DNA from: Azolla caroliniana
Taxonomy: Eukaryota; Plantae; Polypodiophyta
Assembly: GCA_043228905.1 (NCBI GenBank)
Contig: JBHGNT010000011.1
Coordinates: 10,478,001-10,542,000, forward strand
DNA length: 64,000 nucleotides
Direction of reading: 5' to 3'
The position numbers and the translations under genes were made by a program. Under the pieces are notes generated by a model that worked only from the letters and a program-made list of their open reading frames with translations, ran no database searches and was not told where the DNA came from. This document shows, piece after piece, positions 59,307 to 64,000 of this stretch. The first letter of the stretch is position 1. The number at the start of each line of letters is the position of its first letter.

Positions 59307-60359
59307 CTTCTGCTCTTCTGCCGCCTCCTTCACGTCGGGTTCACCAAGATGTCGAGGTATTCCTCGTGGATGCGTGGAATGAGGCGGGACCTCGGGGGTC
59401 TTGTACCGAAGAGCAAGAGAGAAAGGAGAAGGGAAGAGACCCACTACGTGCGAGCGTAGATTCACAGGGACACGGCCCTTCGACACAAGACGCGAGCGGG
59501 AAACCGACACAGAGAGACACGAAGTTATGTATGTATATATTATCAGAGACAAACAACAAGAAACACGAGTTCGGTTACAACCGAACAGGCCGGCGAACAG
59601 ATGCCGATGCCTGTTCGTAAACGCTCAGAAAGAAAGGAGTAGATTGGAGGTGTTGCCGGAAGCACTCGGGCATTCCTCGGAGCAGCGCGAGCCTCCCGAA
59701 AACCTGCACAGAAAGAAGCTGCCGAGTATGGGATAGAGAGAAGCCTTCGGTCGACAACCCGACAGCACTTCGTCCCCTCTCTAAAACGCGATCCCATCCC
59801 CCTTCTCGTATCCCTCCTTTTATAGGCAAGGAAGGAGCCGTTTCCCCTTTACTTCCTACCCACTAAATCTACCTACCTAGGATCTCCTAAGTACCTAATT
59901 CTCCCTTATGTACAATATAAGGCGTACTGGCATGAAGAGCCGGTTCCTACGCCCCGGTGCACCGATTCCGCTTGTGGACGGTTTTCTTCACGACAACGTG
60001 TTGAGAGTTATGGTGACTTAACTCTTCACGACTTGTCTATGCATTGTAAGAATTTATATGAGTTATCTCTTGCTGGAAAGATGATGTGTTATGGTTCTCT
60101 TTCACATATGTCTCCCTTCTTTACAATTGAAGATATATGCATAGGACTTAAGAAATTGGCCTCTCGAAAGGCAAGCGATCTTCAATGTATAAAGGTTGAA
60201 ATGCTCAAATGGACGGGAAAGGAAGCACATATATGGATAAGCGATATGTTTAATGATGCATTGCAACATGGTATGCCATACGATTGGACTACAAATTGGA
60301 TCAAACCTTTACATAAAGGTGGAGATGTAAATAATGTAAACAACTATCGAACCATCATG

Positions 60360-63300
60360 GAAAGTCGCATTAGAGCTAAAGGTTTATATTCGAGATTCGA
60401 AAACACCGAAAGAAGCTTGGGGAAATCTCAAGAAGATTTTTGCACCCAACATGGCTGCAGGAAAGCTCCAACTTCGATAGGAGCTAAACAACATGCAATA
60501 GAGGGACATGTCGATCACCGGCTATACCTTAAAGATCAAGGAGTTGTGCGATGCCCTCAGTTCGATTAATGTCGTAATCAACGATGACGAGATGGTGCAA
60601 ATATGCCTCGACAACTTAGCACCCCGATTTGGCTTGATTAGATTGGCCATCCTTGCAAGGGAGAACCCTCCTTCATTTTTCGATCTCCAATCAATATTGT
60701 TGGTTGAGGAAAATCATGCCTGACAAAGGAGCAACGCACCAGAGGGTCATATGGTCTACTCCCAATCAGATGATAGAAGAAATTTCGGCCATGGAAATAG
60801 AGGTCGATTCGAACAAGGTCGTAATGGTCAGCAGACTCAAGAGCGTAACTTCCACCAATGCAAGTGGATAGGAACGGTCCCAGAGAGTTCGACATAAGGG
60901 GGATTCATCATGCCAAACCAAGCAATCATAGCAACCCAATCGAATGTAGGTACTGTGGAAAACACGGCCACTATGAAGAGGAGTGCCGGAAAAGGTACGA
61001 GACTCGGCGTCAACTAGCTGACAGCTCACGAACTACACATCGAACTCCAACTACGACAATCGTAGCGGATATTCACGAATTACGCATTGAATTCTGACTA
61101 CGACGATCGTAGCGGAATGTTAACAAATTACGCCACGAATTCCGACTATGGCGACTGTGGCGGAATGTTCGTAATGAGGCACAAAGCACACTCGATGTTA
61201 GCACGGGCCTCAACTAGCGCCTCTGCCTCAAACAACATATGGTTTGTTGACTCGGGAGCATCTAACCACATGACGTCTCATGAAGATCGGTTTTGGGAAT
61301 TGTGAAAACCCGAATGACCCGGATATGTTGAGATAGGAGATGACACGACTCATCCAATACAACATATTGGGAACGTCCCATTCGGAAACAACGGCAAACA
61401 AACCTATCTCAAGAACGTACTGCATGTCCCTACCATCACGAAAAACCTGGTCTCAGTTGGCTAGATTGTCGAACACGGAATGCAGGTACGATTCAACAAC
61501 GACGGGTGGTTCATCAAAAGGGGTGAACAAGTCGTAGCCCACAGTCGACAAGAAGGCCGTATGTTTATCCTCGAATCAAACGAGGTAAAGTTAGCCATGT
61601 TTGCAAAGGGCCTTAAAGTCGAAACCGACATAAACCTGTGGCACAAGAAAATCGGCCACATCAATCTCCAAAAACTCTAGAACATGCAATCGAAAGGAGT
61701 CGTAATTGGACTCCTGAATTTTACCACGAAGGAGATTACGGGCGTATGCGAAGCGTGCCAGTTCGAAAAGCAACGCCAACATCCATTCCCGAAAGAGCGG
61801 AATGTGAGCAAAGGAATCCTGGATCTCATACATTCAGATGTATGGGGACCGGGCCAGAAAAGCACACTCAGCGGATGCCGATATTACATCACGTTCATCG
61901 ACGACTTTTCCAAGCACACCTGGATCTACCCGATGAGACAAAAGAGTGAAGTGTTCGGACACTTCCAGAGCTTCAAGGCCGAAGTCGAAAAAACTACGGG
62001 TCAGCACGTATGCTGCCTTCGATCGAATGGAGGCAAAGAATACTTTTCGGATGAGTTTACAACATATCTCTGAAAGGAAGGAATCCAACAAGAATTCTCA
62101 TGCCGTCACACACCTCAGCATAACGACGTAGCTAGGCGTAAAAACCGGCACATAGTAGAAGTCGCACAGGCTATGATGAATGAGAAGAACCTGCCGAAAT
62201 TGTACTGGGCAGAAGCGGCGAACACAGTTGTATACCTCATGAATAGGTGCACAACCTCGGCAATACACGACGTAACTCCTCATGAGAAGTTCTTTGGAAA
62301 GAAGCCGGACTTATCACATGTCCGCATTTTTGGCGCAATCACTTACGTACATATTCCCGACGATACGCGACAAAAGCTCAAACTGAAGTCGGAGAAATGT
62401 ATCCTCATAGGATACTCACTCAAGCAGAAGGAGTACAAATGCTACAACCCATCTACCCGAAAAGCTCGCGTAAGTCGAGATGTCGGTTTCGACGAGTCCG
62501 CATCCTAGTACGCACTAGAAGCAACTTCGACTCTGACTCCAATCGACCCGGAATCCGCCGAAATGGAGATAGAAGACGAAGATCGGCTCACGTGCATGTA
62601 CAAAGAAAGCCCGATTACGACACGGCTTAGTGGACCACGGGAGCTCCCGAGTGACCAAAGCACATTTCGACCGAGTTCGAAACTCGACAAAGGGAAGGCC
62701 AAGATGTCCGAATACAAAGATCCAATCGACAACGCGTCAACTCACTCCCTTGACAGTGAGTTCGAAGGCCTTGACATCCCAATCATCCAGACAAATGGAG
62801 CGAAGAAAGCCTTAGCATCCGCAAACGAGAAGCTCCACCGATCCACCCATGAAAAGAACCCTGTAAGCCGCTTCGGCTACAATGATTATATCATGTACCA
62901 TTACGCCTTCACGATGAAGGTAGTGTCAGTACGAGAGCCGGAGACACTTTCCGAAGCCGTCAAGGATCCATGATGGGTCGATGCGATGCATGAGGAAATT
63001 GAAGCGTTATGTAAAAACGAGACATGGGATCTTGCCCCTCACACGCCGCACAAGAAAGCGATTGGTTGTCGATGGATTTACAAAGTGAAATACAATCCTG
63101 ACAGCTCCGTAAATCTCTTCAAAGCATGGCTCGTTGCGAAAGGATGCGCGCAAACGCACGACCTAGACTACGAAGAGACCTTTGCCCCGGTGGCAAAGAT
63201 GACCACCGTGCGGACCGTAATTGCTCTTGCAGCAGCAAAAGGGTGGCACCTCCACCAGATGGACGTGAAAAACGCCTTCCTCCAAGGAGAATTAGAAAAG

Positions 63301-64000
63301 GAAGTATATATTATTCAACCACCCAGCTTTGAATCGCGTAGTCATCCGCATGACGTATGCCGCCTCAAGAAGCCACTATACGGCCTCAAACAAGCACCCC
63401 GTGCGTGGCACTCGAAGATCACGCATTATCTTCATCATATCGGATTTTGAATGTCAAAATCCAACACTTCCCTGTACATCCGAAACGAGTCGAATAACCC
63501 GATTGTCATCATCCTTTACGTGGATGATTTGGTCACTAGAGCAAAGGATCTCGCCGAGATTAACAAAGTCAAATCACTTCTCTCCGGCAGATTCGAAATG
63601 AAAGACCTTCACGAGCTCCATTACTTCCTAGGCATTGAAGTAATTCGGACACCAGTCGAAATAATGATCTCTCAATGGAACTACGTTCTCAACTTGCTCT
63701 ACAAGTTCGGAATGACTGAATGCAAACCTGTGTCCACCCCTCCTAATCGTAATCTCAAGATGGATGTTGATTCCGGCATAGTCGTGTGCGAGTCAATTCA
63801 GTATTGTCAACTAATCAACAACTTAATCTATCTCACCATTACGCGACCCGATCTCAGTTATTTGATCGGCCTACTTAGCCAATTCATGCAGAATCTGCGA
63901 AACCTTCATCTTGATTGCGCTAAGAGAATACTCCGGTATGTTAGTACTACGATGGATTACGACATTATGTATAAATCAAATATGGCCATTCAACTCAAAG
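60360..64000 (+). pseudogene. gag-pol: Ty1/Copia gag-PR-IN-RT, degenerate, runs off the window end
   Basis: CRYCGKHGHYEEEC, WFVDSGASNHMT, LWHKKIGH, HSDVWGP, CRWIYK, QMDVKNAFLQG, YVDD; many stops. Confidence 0.93.

Larger units (their letters stand above)
52698..59995 (-). mobile_element. Gypsy element D, full length (sister family of A)
   Basis: LTRs 52698-53627 (with a 284-bp duplication) and 59350-59995. TSD ACGT at 52694-52697 and 59996-59999. PBS 59329-59346. PPT 53628-53639. Confidence 0.97.
50090..60358 (+). mobile_element. LINE (5' UTR with (CT)n, ORF1, ORF2 5' half), interrupted by element D and truncated at the start of RT
   Basis: ORF1 at 50546-51407; APE-type ORF2 at 51414-52697 + 60000-60358. 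The 5' boundary is approximate. Confidence 0.8.

Overview
Eukaryotic, land-plant-type genomic DNA (probably a non-seed plant such as a fern; this is inference from the TE lineages). About 85% of the window is nested retroelements around one host gene, a 3-exon DUF688-like gene at 32373-37206 (+). Four Ty3/Gypsy elements of one unusual lineage are present, all on the minus strand: E (1-1352), A (5198-12155), C (42903-49903) and D (52698-59995). All four have an 18-nt tRNA-Trp primer-binding site. In A, C and D, Gag and protease form one ORF ending in GGATTTT-TAG, followed by a conserved H-type pseudoknot, with pol in the -1 frame. The same three copies have 4-bp CG-centred target-site duplications (GCGT/ACGT/ACGT) and an RT resembling fungal Gypsy elements. 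Also present: an Athila/Phygy-like Gypsy with an extra 3' ORF, several Ty1/Copia elements, a decayed chromovirus, a LINE, a hAT-type MITE, and a ~770-bp inversion that cuts through three nested elements.
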